A DNA stretch of 64,000 nt from Tetramitus jugosus (Eukaryota; Protista; Heterolobosea). Both the position numbers and the translations under genes were made by a program. Of the stretch, positions 23,692 to 33,897 are shown piece after piece (the stretch's first letter is position 1; each line of letters begins with the position of its first letter). Where the stretch lies: the NCBI GenBank assembly GCA_937625935.1, contig OW569373.1, forward strand, positions 409,357 through 473,356, read 5' to 3'. Below the pieces are notes generated by a model that did not search any database, had not been told where the DNA came from, and worked only from the letters and a program-made list of their open reading frames with translations.

Positions 23692-24756
23692 TCAGCAGTA
23701 ATGACCCAAACCTTTTTTCCACATAAACATCCCACATGCCACAAACACACAACCAGTCAGTAGGGCATGATTGTGTCTAAACTCTGTGCTCAGTGACCTG
23801 CATGTTTTAATAAAGCAATTCACATGTTCAACTACTATCTGCTCAGACCTTGTCACCCTCAAAAATTCACGACAACCGTCGCCGTGAATCATGTTGCTTT
23901 TCAACCCTGCAACGACATAGTCCACATTCTGGAAGCCGGGATCACCCAAAGCAAAGTTTTGTCCTTCTTCATTGCAAATACGTTGGAACAAGCCACATCG
24001 CCTCGCACATGCCGAATCCGACAATCTTCCTGGATAATTAGTGCTAAAAGCAATGATGTTGCCATCGAAATCCACAAGCAACAACGTTTGAATCCAGTGA
24101 CCATTCTTATCGTTGCGATACCATCTGTGTTGTGCAGCAGACGGTTTCTGAATCATATGTGCAGTCCCATCAATAACAAATATGATGCGCTGACTGACAG
24201 ACGAAGATAAGTCACTTAGCTTTTTGTTAGGAATATATTGTATAAAGTGTTCAACCATATAAGGGATCGTTGCGTTGATACATTTGGAAACAACATATTC
24301 CGAGACGCCAAACTCGGATGATAGAATAGAATATCTCGGGTACTGGATGATCCAGTACATTGTCAATAGGATCTGGTTTTCAAAAGTGAGGCATTTGGAT
24401 TCATCACTCATAATGAGTTCAAATCTTCGCATTGCTCCAACAATCTCGTCAAACTCATTCTGAGTAATGTGGAGTAGCTGCTTGAACTGGCGATCGGAGC
24501 CAGAAGACCATCTATTGTAAACATCGTTTCCCTTGTACGACTGCCTCCTCTTGTTCTTGACCACACCGCGTCCAAGGCCATGATTTGTTTGGGATCTTCT
24601 CATGGCTGATCGCCCATAATCAATCGACTCTTCACTCAAGCATGAAAGGAGAAGTAAGATTGTTGCCGCCTTCACCTTTTTGTTGCTGTTCATTGTTTTG
24701 TTGAAGACGAGGTTGACTTCAACAAAAGCTTTGAAAACCAAACCAAGAAAAAACAT
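23692..24756 (-). CDS. Harbinger/IS5-like DDE transposase (ATG start probably MNSNKK at ~24693)
   Basis: HTH region (LSSEFGVSEYVVSKCI), FVIDGT, WYRNDKNGH, PGRLSDS, LGDPGF, IVVEHVNCFIK. Confidence 0.9.
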   Translation of the reverse strand: MFFLGLVFKAFVEVNLVFNKTMNSNKKVKAATILLLLSCLSEESIDYGRSAMRRSQTNHGLGRGVVKNKRRQSYKGNDVYNRWSSGSDRQFKQLLHITQNEFDEIVGAMRRFELIMSDESKCLTFENQILLTMYWIIQYPRYSILSSEFGVSEYVVSKCINATIPYMVEHFIQYIPNKKLSDLSSSVSQRIIFVIDGTAHMIQKPSAAQHRWYRNDKNGHWIQTLLLVDFDGNIIAFSTNYPGRLSDSACARRCGLFQRICNEEGQNFALGDPGFQNVDYVVAGLKSNMIHGDGCREFLRVTRSEQIVVEHVNCFIKTCRSLSTEFRHNHALLTGCVFVACGMFMWKKGLGHYC

Positions 24757-24762
24757 CTCGAC

Positions 24763-25764
24763 ATGTTCACAACCGATATCAGCGCTGCACTACTTAGTGT
24801 ACGATCGACAACATCATCACAACAATCATTACCTGGTATCTCATCATCACCACCATCAGCACCATCAAACGGTGCCAGTCAATTAGACCAGTCATCATCA
24901 AATCAGTCACAGGATTCTCGAGTATCTGATGCTCTTGGATTCCCTTCAGATGATGAGGATTTACTTGATAAGGCTATTTCTCCCGTTACACTCAGAAGTT
25001 CTAAATCTCCTCGTCAACCGGTCGTTCGGATCAATAAAAAATGGTCGCGCATTCTTTGTTCCGCATATGTCATGTGCGATCTGAAAATGGATTCGCTGTT
25101 CCGAGAAAATCGCGTTCGAACCGTCATGGCCCAAATAAAGAAGGCTATGGAGGAGAAGACAAAACAGCCTGTCGACGAAGAGACCGTGAAATTGAAGATT
25201 CAAAATCACATCTATTCAAAGAACACAGCCAGAAATGAGAAACAGGGGAACAGGTTGGGAACGAAGAAACGAAGCGCTGTCATTGCCGGATTGAATGAAG
25301 ATACCTCCGAGGACGAGGTTGATATTGTGCCCGATGTGGTTCGACCCCTGAGTGATCTTGAGCAACTGCTCGAAGATGGAGAGGATGATCATGCGTCGTC
25401 ATCCGTTGACAGTGAAACAATCCGAACAGCAGATAATTTCTTGGAGTTCTCTCGACAGGAGAAATCGAACACCCAAATTAGGAATGAAGCGATCTCCGAG
25501 AAACGAGGCGAGAAAATTTCTCTGTCAAACAAGATCAGGCGCCAAGAGGAATCTCGCGACAGAATGGAAGAGATGAAGACCATGGTCATGGCTTCATGTA
25601 TGAGAATTCTTGAAGGTGGTCAAGCGACCACCACAGAAGATGAATTTTCGTCCAGGCTTTCAAGGATTGAGCAAGCCCACAAGGACACTCAAAGAGATGT
25701 TGTTGCTATCAGGCAGTTGATGGACCGCTTGTTGCAACACTTGGATGGCGAAGAACAACAATAA
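24763..25764 (+). CDS. Second ORF of the transposon (putative DNA-binding partner with C-terminal coiled coil)
   Basis: Intact 333-aa ORF between the TIRs, divergent from the transposase; helical core INKKWSRILC...VKLKIQN; Myb/SANT assignment not verifiable by eye. Confidence 0.7.
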   Translation: MFTTDISAALLSVRSTTSSQQSLPGISSSPPSAPSNGASQLDQSSSNQSQDSRVSDALGFPSDDEDLLDKAISPVTLRSSKSPRQPVVRINKKWSRILCSAYVMCDLKMDSLFRENRVRTVMAQIKKAMEEKTKQPVDEETVKLKIQNHIYSKNTARNEKQGNRLGTKKRSAVIAGLNEDTSEDEVDIVPDVVRPLSDLEQLLEDGEDDHASSSVDSETIRTADNFLEFSRQEKSNTQIRNEAISEKRGEKISLSNKIRRQEESRDRMEEMKTMVMASCMRILEGGQATTTEDEFSSRLSRIEQAHKDTQRDVVAIRQLMDRLLQHLDGEEQQ

Positions 25765-25957
25765 ATTGAATGGAACCTTCCACTTTATTTTACAACGAAT
25801 AAGATCTGCAGAACCATCCCCAACAGCTTGGAAGATTTTGGGTGCCCAAAATCTTGTCAAACAAAATTCAGAATAAAAGCCCTAATGGCGACATTACCAT
25901 CTGTGTTGGTCCCTGGAAAATGAAGGTACTGTTCCCTGAATACTGCTGATGTATCGT

Positions 25958-28339
25958 TTACGTTTGAGATTGTTGCTCTTGTTGTTGCATTCTGTCTCGT
26001 TGTTGTTGTCTTTGTTCAGTGACTTGCTGACGTCTGATTCTGATTCGCCGCCGTATCGTTATCTCATTCATGATAAAGTATGCTACAATGAAGCCAACCA
26101 ATAAGTATAGCTGCCAGTTCTCAGAGAAACTGTATCCCCATTCATCCAATTCTTCTTCAGTTTCATTACTGAGTTTGCTCTTGGGTTGTGTGGTTACTTG
26201 ACGAATAGAATAGATGGACACCGAGGAATCTTCATACAGAACCAGCAACTTTGATGATTCACCAATGAACTGTGCATCAATCACTCTCAGCAATGTCTTT
26301 GGTGTCGTTGAAGTTGTCTGGGAAGATAGAAGACGAGACAAGAAACCATCGGCATCTGATTTCGTTTTCACATCGAGAGAAGTTGCGTTCGGTGTAATAA
26401 ATCGATGAATGATCTGATGTACGGTCCATAAGTCTCCGGCTTGAGAAATCACATATATCGAATCCAAATTCTGCATTACTAGGGCAATTAAGTTACCCTG
26501 ATGATTAATGACAATTTTTGATGGCATCGAATATCTGTTCAGCTGAAGAAGTTGTTGCTTCTGTTTCTGCAATAATTCGCTCACTAACCTTTCAATGGAA
26601 GAGCTATGATCATGCGTGTACATTCGACTATAGTAACTGCTTCTCATTTGGAGTGACATGTCGTTCGAAGGACTTATGTTCTGTTGTGTGACATACTTTG
26701 AAAAATCAAATGTCTTGACAGATATGAACTTTCGAATGTCTGAATCGAACATGTTTTCAGGTATTTCGATCGGCCCTTGTATCTCTGGCCTTATTTTAGC
26801 AATCACAAGCTCTCCAGTCTCTGAGCAAAACACAGCTGTCTTTGCATCACCTGACTGATACGTTGGTCTCTTGCCATAAAAATAAATATCATTGAGAGAG
26901 TTTCCAGTGTGTCTCACAATGTTGGACATGACTCTTTTCACTCTACCATATGTCGAACTCTTCCAATGAACATTTCTCGTCTCCTCGTGATTCTTTGAAC
27001 TGTCTGCCGAAGACGTAACATAATAGATTCGCAAGTACAGATCAATCCCATCTTCTTCATAGTCTTCTCGATCGGAATTTCGAATACTATCGACATCAGA
27101 AACCAATTCCCACGTGAAAATAAACTGATTACTCATCTCTTGAGCAGAAATGACCTGATGAATCATTTTGGAGTCATCATTACCCAATATTAAATCAACA
27201 TTGGATGACAATTGTTGATGAGGATGATTCGCTTCTTCTTGATTGTCTCTGCACACATACCGGAATGCATAACGATCATTTACAAGACTCAAATAAGCAC
27301 AATTATTGTGATAAATTGAATTTCCAACGGACATGACACTGCGAGAGCCCTTGACTGGCCAATCATACGTTCTTGAAGTCACCTCTCTCAATTGATCCTT
27401 CTTCGAATCATCATCATCATCATCATCATGTTCATGTTCAACAACACAATAGGACTTCAAATGCGATTTGACATTCAATCCATCATCTTCCTCCGTCTCA
27501 AAACTCACAATGACACAATTCGGAGAAGAAACATCTTGTTGTGCAAACACGACTCTACCCACCATCAACTCATGCTCTTGAACCAGTTTCCACTCGTGTC
27601 GTGATTCACTACTCAAAATCGCTTCAAATTGCTGTATCAAACAAGTAGTACCAGTCGATTTACCTTTTGACAATGTCGTATTATTTGAACCAACCATGAT
27701 AACTCTAGGAGAAACAACAGTCAGAAACACACGTGTTGTCATCATCATCTTCTTGACTGACTCTTCTTGTTGTTGCTTCTTGTTAGAGTCATGCTGAACA
27801 ATATGAGTAAAATACCATGATCTCGACAATTTGTTATTATTTTTACTCGTCATGGTTTTATGAAAATTGGTCGAATAGAATTTTGAGTCTTCCATGTACT
27901 TTTGTTTCGTTGCATCATCATGATCTTCATCAACAATAGGAGAAGTAGTAGTAGTCGTATTAATTGAAATGGAGGAATGATCCATTGTTGATGAGTGATG
28001 ATGATGATGATGATGCATGAGAATACTAGGAGAAGAAATGCATGATTTTGCATCGTGATCACTCTCACTCTGCGACACGAGTAATTTTTGTGCGTGTAAA
28101 GGTAATGATTGACGCCAAAAATCATAGGATAATTGTTGATTGGATGATGATGTGAGGAGTGATGATGATGATTTTTGATGATGATTGTTTGTAGGAGAAG
28201 CAGAATGATAATAGTAATCATCATCATCGAGGTCAGTTGGTGATGGATCAAAGTAGGATGATAGGGCCATCAAGAGAAAAAAAATGGCAATGACAATGAA
28301 GATGGCTTTGGATTGTTGGTTGGGTAGGAACACGGCCAT
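25958..28339 (-). CDS. Hypothetical membrane protein (N-terminal signal anchor, C-terminal TM, beta-rich lumenal region)
   Basis: 793-aa ORF with hydrophobic segments AIFIVIAIFFLLMAL and LYLLVGFIVAYFIM and low-complexity runs. Confidence 0.7.
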   Translation of the reverse strand: MAVFLPNQQSKAIFIVIAIFFLLMALSSYFDPSPTDLDDDDYYYHSASPTNNHHQKSSSSLLTSSSNQQLSYDFWRQSLPLHAQKLLVSQSESDHDAKSCISSPSILMHHHHHHHSSTMDHSSISINTTTTTSPIVDEDHDDATKQKYMEDSKFYSTNFHKTMTSKNNNKLSRSWYFTHIVQHDSNKKQQQEESVKKMMMTTRVFLTVVSPRVIMVGSNNTTLSKGKSTGTTCLIQQFEAILSSESRHEWKLVQEHELMVGRVVFAQQDVSSPNCVIVSFETEEDDGLNVKSHLKSYCVVEHEHDDDDDDDSKKDQLREVTSRTYDWPVKGSRSVMSVGNSIYHNNCAYLSLVNDRYAFRYVCRDNQEEANHPHQQLSSNVDLILGNDDSKMIHQVISAQEMSNQFIFTWELVSDVDSIRNSDREDYEEDGIDLYLRIYYVTSSADSSKNHEETRNVHWKSSTYGRVKRVMSNIVRHTGNSLNDIYFYGKRPTYQSGDAKTAVFCSETGELVIAKIRPEIQGPIEIPENMFDSDIRKFISVKTFDFSKYVTQQNISPSNDMSLQMRSSYYSRMYTHDHSSSIERLVSELLQKQKQQLLQLNRYSMPSKIVINHQGNLIALVMQNLDSIYVISQAGDLWTVHQIIHRFITPNATSLDVKTKSDADGFLSRLLSSQTTSTTPKTLLRVIDAQFIGESSKLLVLYEDSSVSIYSIRQVTTQPKSKLSNETEEELDEWGYSFSENWQLYLLVGFIVAYFIMNEITIRRRIRIRRQQVTEQRQQQRDRMQQQEQQSQT

Positions 28340-28360
28340 TATTCTTTGTATTTTTTTTTG

Positions 28361-28361
28361 G

Positions 28362-28405
<44 letters not shown>
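28361..28405. repeat. (GTT)15 microsatellite just upstream of the 793-aa gene
   Basis: Direct reading. Confidence 0.95.
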
Positions 28406-29514
28406 ATGTTGTTTGTTTGGTGTGTTGCGATTGTGTGTGTGTATGTGAGTGGAATGAGAGGATGTTGCGAATACACACGTGTGATTTTTTTTATTTGATT
28501 AAGCTACTCGGCGAAATGGGAAGGAGCTTTGTGGAAAGTTGGTGGATAAGCAACCACAGCCATTTTTGCATCGACGGGGTTACAAAATGCCAAACATTGA
28601 AAGCAGGCCGAAAATTGGCTTTGAGGGTAATAAGAAGTGAAGATCAATAAAGACAAGTTGCACAGGTCGTCTTCTGAGGTCTTGAAACTAAGAAAACTCG
28701 GCTTCTATCACTCTCGAAATGTCACAAAGGTTTTCTTCTGTTAATTTGATTGATGTGGCGGATGCCAGGCTTTTGGCTCCTAACCACACACCTGTTTTGA
28801 ACAGGCTGAACTGCGAAATGAAGTAGTTTTGAAGAAGGACTTTAGTTCTGCTTTGTTATTAGTTGTAGCCCTTTGAGATTCAAATATATTGAGCAAGGAT
28901 CACGACTCTCCAACCAGAATAATTGTGGTTTGGGGGAAGTCGGAATCAAGGATAAGGCTGAAGAAGAGATGGTTTCAAGAGAATTTGTTCTTGTTTTCCG
29001 AAGATTGCACTTCTCTTTGTTCTGAATAAGAAGCCCGTCAGTATGACCAGGACGCTGTTCGTTTGGTGGTTGAGGAGTAAAATAATATCTCTTGAGTTTA
29101 ACGAAACCGGAGTAATTATCGGGAATTTTGGGTTACTTCCATTTTAGTCGTGGAAAATTTCACACCTGAAAAACAATGGAAATACTGTAGTCCAAGTGGG
29201 AGAGGGAATACCTGTGTGGAAGGGCGGATGTCAGAAGATATTTTGTTCATACCCGGTGCGGTCACGTTTTTAACAGATCAGAACAATAATCAATAATCTC
29301 CTAAGGTCTAGTGCGGGGCCGCACAGACGGATCATTTCTGTTTCATTGGATGGAAGAGTCATCTAAGAGCACACGTGGTTCTTTTTGCCACGTCAACAGG
29401 ACAACCTGCAACACTTTGTAGTAAGTATTTAAGTGCTTATGATTAACACAAACACCACAAAGAACACATATATAACACCAGAACAAAATCAACAACCACA
29501 CTGATCAATCAACA

Positions 29515-31827
29515 ATGACAACAACAATTCACAACCTTGGATTTCCTCGTATTGGAGCTAAACGCGAGCTCAAGAGTGCAGTAGAAGCCTATTGGGCAGG
29601 TAAATTATCTGCTGTTGAGCTGGAGGCAGTTGGCGCTGAATTGCGTAAACGACATTGGCAACAACAAGCAAGCTCAGGAGTTCAGAAGATTCCTGTTGGT
29701 GATTTTGCCTGGTATGATCAGATCTTGGAGTGGTCAACAACAATTGGTGCTATTCCAAAGCGTTTCGGACAAGATGAAAAAGAACCAGTTTCTATCGACA
29801 CACTGTTCAGAATGGGTCGTGGAAGAGCTCCAACTGGTACACCAGCAGCTGCTTGTGAGATGACCAAGTGGTTTGATACCAACTATCATTTCATCACTCC
29901 AGAGATCTGGTCTGGTCAGAAGTATAGACTTGCGCGCGATGACCTCTTCAAGCATGTTTCAGAAGCTCAAACAGATGGACACAATGTCAAGGTTGTCATC
30001 CCAGGACCTCTTACTTGGCTTTGGTTTGCCAAGGGAGATGAATTTGAAGGTAATTCCGATGCAACTAAGCTATCCCTGTTGGATAATCTGTTACCAGTTT
30101 ACTCTGAGGTGTTGAAGCGTTTATCTGGACAAGGAGTGGAATGGGTTCAAATTGATGAGCCAATTTTGATTCTTGATCTTCCTTTGGAATGGAGAGATGC
30201 ATTCTCGAGAGTGTACAACAGTTTCTCTGAGTTATCAGGTATTAAACTACTTGTCGCCACCTACTTTGGAGGACTGAGAGATAATATTGACCTCGCACTA
30301 TCATTGAAGGTTAATGCGTTGCATATTGATGCAGTGAGAGATAGAGAACAACTCAATCAAGTTGTTGAGAAGATTGGAGCAGGTAAGATTCTGTCTGTTG
30401 GAATAATCGATGGAAGAAATATTTGGAGAACTGATTTGGATTCAGCTCGCTCAACATTGCTTGTAGCAGCTGAAAAACTTGGAGATCGTCTGTGGATAGC
30501 TCCATCTTGTTCTTTGCTTCATGTACCAGTCGATCTCTCTTTTGAGAATGAATTGGACGAAGAAGTTAAGTCTTGGTTGAGTTTTGCCATTCAGAAAATA
30601 GAGGAATTGTCTCTGTTGGGTTCATACTTGGATGGAGGTTTGAATGTTTCAGAGGAGGTATCTTCAAAAGTGTTAACACAACGAAATGCGTTAAACTCTC
30701 GTTGCTCTTCGAGCAGAACACACAATCCAGTTGTGAGAGAAAAGGTGGACAGTATCAAGTCGATTTCATTGAATCGTGTTGACTTCAGTCAAAGACGCTC
30801 TGCTCAGCAGAAGAAGTACAATCTTCCTCTCTTCCCCACAACAACCATTGGTTCATTCCCACAAACGGCTGATATCCGATCTCTTCGTCGTCGGTGGAAG
30901 AATGGTTCCCTTAACACCAAGGATTATGAAGCTTGTTTGCGCAAAGAAGTTGCACAAGTAATCGGCTTACAAGAAGAAATTGGATTGGATGTTTTGGTTC
31001 ATGGTGAGCCTGAGCGTAATGATATGGTCGAATACTTTGGAGAATTGCTCGATGGATTCGCATTCACTAAGAATGGTTGGGTTCAAAGTTATGGATCACG
31101 TTGCGTGAAGCCGCCAATTATCTTCGGTGACATCTATCGTCCTTCTGCTATGACTGTTGAATGGTCATCGTATGCTCAATCTCTCACAAGTTTGCCAGTA
31201 AAGGGAATGTTGACCGGACCAGTTACTATGCTCCAATGGTCATTTGTGAGAGATGATCAACCAAGAGAATTCACTTGCAAACAACTCGCTATTGTTTTGA
31301 GAGAGGAGGTTCTGGATCTGGAGAAGGCTGGAATTAGTATTATTCAAATCGATGAACCAGCGATCAGAGAAGGACTCCCATTGCGTAAATCAGATTGGGA
31401 ACACTACTTACAATGGGCAGTTGATTGTTTCAAGGTGACAACATCCGGTGTTCATGAAGAGACTCAAATTCACACTCATATGTGCTATTCTGAGTTCAAT
31501 GACATAATTGAATCAATTGCGGCAATGGATGCTGATGTGATCACCATTGAAACATCAAGATCCAACATGGAGTTGCTCAAAGTGTTCGAAAAGTTCTCAT
31601 ATCCAAATGAAATTGGACCTGGTGTCTATGATATCCATTCTCCAAATGTTCCAACTGTTGATTGGATGGTTCAATTGATCAAGAGAGCTACTTCCTTCTT
31701 GCCAAAGGAGCAAATATGGGTGAATCCTGATTGTGGATTGAAAACCAGAGGTCCTGTCGAAACCAAAGAGGCGTTGGTTGCCATGGTCGAAGCAGCTAGA
31801 CTGTTGAGGAAAGAATTTACTAACTAA
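29515..31827 (+). CDS. metE: Cobalamin-independent methionine synthase
   Basis: LGFPRIG, EMTKWFDTNYH, PTTTIGSFPQT, HGEPERNDMVEYF, KGMLTGPVT, Zn ligands IHTHMCY and WVNPDCGLKTR; intronless. Confidence 0.98.
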   Translation: MTTTIHNLGFPRIGAKRELKSAVEAYWAGKLSAVELEAVGAELRKRHWQQQASSGVQKIPVGDFAWYDQILEWSTTIGAIPKRFGQDEKEPVSIDTLFRMGRGRAPTGTPAAACEMTKWFDTNYHFITPEIWSGQKYRLARDDLFKHVSEAQTDGHNVKVVIPGPLTWLWFAKGDEFEGNSDATKLSLLDNLLPVYSEVLKRLSGQGVEWVQIDEPILILDLPLEWRDAFSRVYNSFSELSGIKLLVATYFGGLRDNIDLALSLKVNALHIDAVRDREQLNQVVEKIGAGKILSVGIIDGRNIWRTDLDSARSTLLVAAEKLGDRLWIAPSCSLLHVPVDLSFENELDEEVKSWLSFAIQKIEELSLLGSYLDGGLNVSEEVSSKVLTQRNALNSRCSSSRTHNPVVREKVDSIKSISLNRVDFSQRRSAQQKKYNLPLFPTTTIGSFPQTADIRSLRRRWKNGSLNTKDYEACLRKEVAQVIGLQEEIGLDVLVHGEPERNDMVEYFGELLDGFAFTKNGWVQSYGSRCVKPPIIFGDIYRPSAMTVEWSSYAQSLTSLPVKGMLTGPVTMLQWSFVRDDQPREFTCKQLAIVLREEVLDLEKAGISIIQIDEPAIREGLPLRKSDWEHYLQWAVDCFKVTTSGVHEETQIHTHMCYSEFNDIIESIAAMDADVITIETSRSNMELLKVFEKFSYPNEIGPGVYDIHSPNVPTVDWMVQLIKRATSFLPKEQIWVNPDCGLKTRGPVETKEALVAMVEAARLLRKEFTN

Positions 31828-31938
31828 CAAATGCTGTCCTTTTGAGTAAATATTGGATAAAACATTCTCTATGCGAGCTGAGGAATAATACTCACACTGA
31901 AGTTTTATTGATAAAATAGAATATATGCGTGATCGTGC

Positions 31939-32415
31939 TTAAGCTTGATTTTCCTCCAATTTCTGAATCGTATTCAGCACTTCTGTAACATGGCTCTTGA
32001 AGAATATTTGACTATCATATGAAAGAGCAATCTTACCCTGCTTATCAACAAGGAATGTCTTTCTTCCTCTCACTAGTCCAAACAAATTGCCAGTCACTCC
32101 ATAATCACCTGCCACCTTTTGATCAGGATCCGACAATAGACTGAAGGGCAGTTTATACTTTTCCTTGAATTGTTGATGGTCTTCGACAGTGTCAATGCTC
32201 ACACCATAGACAGCGACATTTTCAGATGCCATTCCTTTAATGGCAGTCCAGTTGTCTCTAAAATGGCACGCTTGTTTTGTGCAGCCTGTTGTGTTATCTT
32301 TTGGATAAAAGTAAATAACAATGTACTTGTCTCCAATGAGTTTCGACAGAGTTACATCGTTATTGTTTTCGTCCTTCAGAGTGAAATCTGGGGCTTGATC
32401 ACCTACTTGTACCAT
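31939..32415 (-). CDS. bcp: BCP/PrxQ peroxiredoxin
   Basis: VGDQAPDFTL, YFYPKDNTTGCTKQACHFRD, GVSID, LLSDPD. Confidence 0.93.
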   Translation of the reverse strand: MVQVGDQAPDFTLKDENNNDVTLSKLIGDKYIVIYFYPKDNTTGCTKQACHFRDNWTAIKGMASENVAVYGVSIDTVEDHQQFKEKYKLPFSLLSDPDQKVAGDYGVTGNLFGLVRGRKTFLVDKQGKIALSYDSQIFFKSHVTEVLNTIQKLEENQA

Positions 32416-32660
32416 GGTTCTCTCGTTCTTGTTGGTTTTGTTTGTTGTGGTTTTGTTTGTGTTTTTTCGGGAGGAAAATTGGAAAAGATTCTGCGCGGTA
32501 TGATGGGCAGCAACAAGAAAAGGTTGTGATCGACCAATCTATTTTTGTTCTTCCTAAAAAACATTATGACCTTTTCTTAACTGTTGTAAACGACTCGGGG
32601 AATCTCAAATACTCCTCCTTGACAGCCTGTTGTAAAAAAAATCCAAAGGAAAACAATCCA

Positions 32661-33719
32661 ATGACACACAGCATCTCCCCAAGAAACAAACAATCATCAG
32701 GATCAATAGGAAAAGATAGGGACTTGCACAGAGTTACTTTCAAGCTGCTCCTTCTAAATAAACGTTTGAGAAGTCGGAATGAACAATTAAAGAGAGAAAA
32801 CTTCCATCTGCAAGTTCGAGTCAAGGAATGCGATCCATTGGAAAGCGCCAAAACAACCGAGATGATAGAAAAACTTCATCATATAGCGACTAATCATCAT
32901 TTCTTGACTTTTCTGAACAATTGTGTTGATTCGACTCAGAATCCCATGTACAACGTGGGCCAAGAAGATAAAAACCTTTTGGATAATCATTCATTGGACG
33001 AACAAAACAAGTCTGCGGCAAAGGAGAAGAATTATCAAGCAATTATTGATGAGAGAGCACTCAATGATAGTTCAATCGAATCTCGAGGTTTGGATGATGG
33101 AATAGATCATATCCGACCGAGAGACACAAGAGAACAATTCGATGAATTGATGAGTTCAATATCTGACCTTCAGTCTCTGATTGTGCAACAGCTAGATTCG
33201 TCTTGCCAATCCGTTGAGAAGAAAAGGAGAAAGATTTACAGTAGGCTCGTTGACTCTTTGTTCGATCCTGGTATCTGGAAAGTGTTGAACAGTGCAATGA
33301 CTCGTAAGAAGACGACAAAACATTGTGTTGTAAAACTGATTCACCAACAAAGGGGGGGAATGACCAACGATAAGGACAACCAATTGGATTACCTCGCTTC
33401 CCATGTTGAAAACTATCTTATCAGATTAATAGAGGATGAGTTTGGTCAAGAGGCTCCAGGTGAGATAAAAGAAAGCATCAGAGAGTGCTCTGCTCTTTCA
33501 ATACGATTGGCATGTTACTTGATTATGTGCAAACCGAAAATGAGTATGATAATGCCCAAAAGAGGAGATACATTTAATTCAGATAAACATGAGAATGCCT
33601 CCTATGAATGTGATGTAATCGTCCAATCATTGAAAAGACCAGGGTTAGTATGCATCAGTGATAATAGAGTGTTCACCAAAGCACTAGTTGAATCAGAAAT
33701 TCGGAAGATTACCGTATAA
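32661..33719 (+). CDS. Coiled-coil protein with GrpE-like C-terminal domain, type A1
   Basis: DERALNDSS, SLFDPGIWK, CKPKM..GDTFNSDKHE..LKRPGLVC..DNRVFTKALVE; paralog of three neighbours. Confidence 0.7.
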   Translation: MTHSISPRNKQSSGSIGKDRDLHRVTFKLLLLNKRLRSRNEQLKRENFHLQVRVKECDPLESAKTTEMIEKLHHIATNHHFLTFLNNCVDSTQNPMYNVGQEDKNLLDNHSLDEQNKSAAKEKNYQAIIDERALNDSSIESRGLDDGIDHIRPRDTREQFDELMSSISDLQSLIVQQLDSSCQSVEKKRRKIYSRLVDSLFDPGIWKVLNSAMTRKKTTKHCVVKLIHQQRGGMTNDKDNQLDYLASHVENYLIRLIEDEFGQEAPGEIKESIRECSALSIRLACYLIMCKPKMSMIMPKRGDTFNSDKHENASYECDVIVQSLKRPGLVCISDNRVFTKALVESEIRKITV

Positions 33720-33897
33720 TCTTTCGGTCTATCAAGATAAGAAACTAAAGTGTACTCGACTGGAGATCCTGCAAATTAGCAAATTTCCAAAAATCCACCA
33801 ACATCGGAAAAATTTTACAAGGAACCACCAGACTTGACACCAGGAATTGTAACATGTAAACCAACAAACCAAACCAAAAGCAAAAACACGAACAGCC

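Larger units (their letters stand above)
23291..25883. mobile_element. Full-length PIF/Harbinger-superfamily (Pangu-like) DNA transposon, 2593 bp, with 13-bp imperfect TIRs and AAT target-site duplication
   Basis: Left TIR AGGTCCTTTATTC (23291-23303); right TIR GAATAAAAGCCCT (25871-25883; 11/13 match); AAT at 23288-23290 and 25884-25886; two divergent intact ORFs. Confidence 0.85.

Noticed and set aside
29161-29420. Cobalamin riboswitch or Met-regulon element upstream of metE
   Set aside because: Scattered GGGAA, CCGGTG and ACCTG words do not form the ordered B12-box or pairings; a single CACGTG is not significant. An Rfam cmsearch would be needed.
29515-32415. Bacterial contamination or chimeric assembly at metE-bcp
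   Set aside because: No Shine-Dalgarno or operon layout, host-like A/C-rich leaders, and contiguity with intron-containing genes
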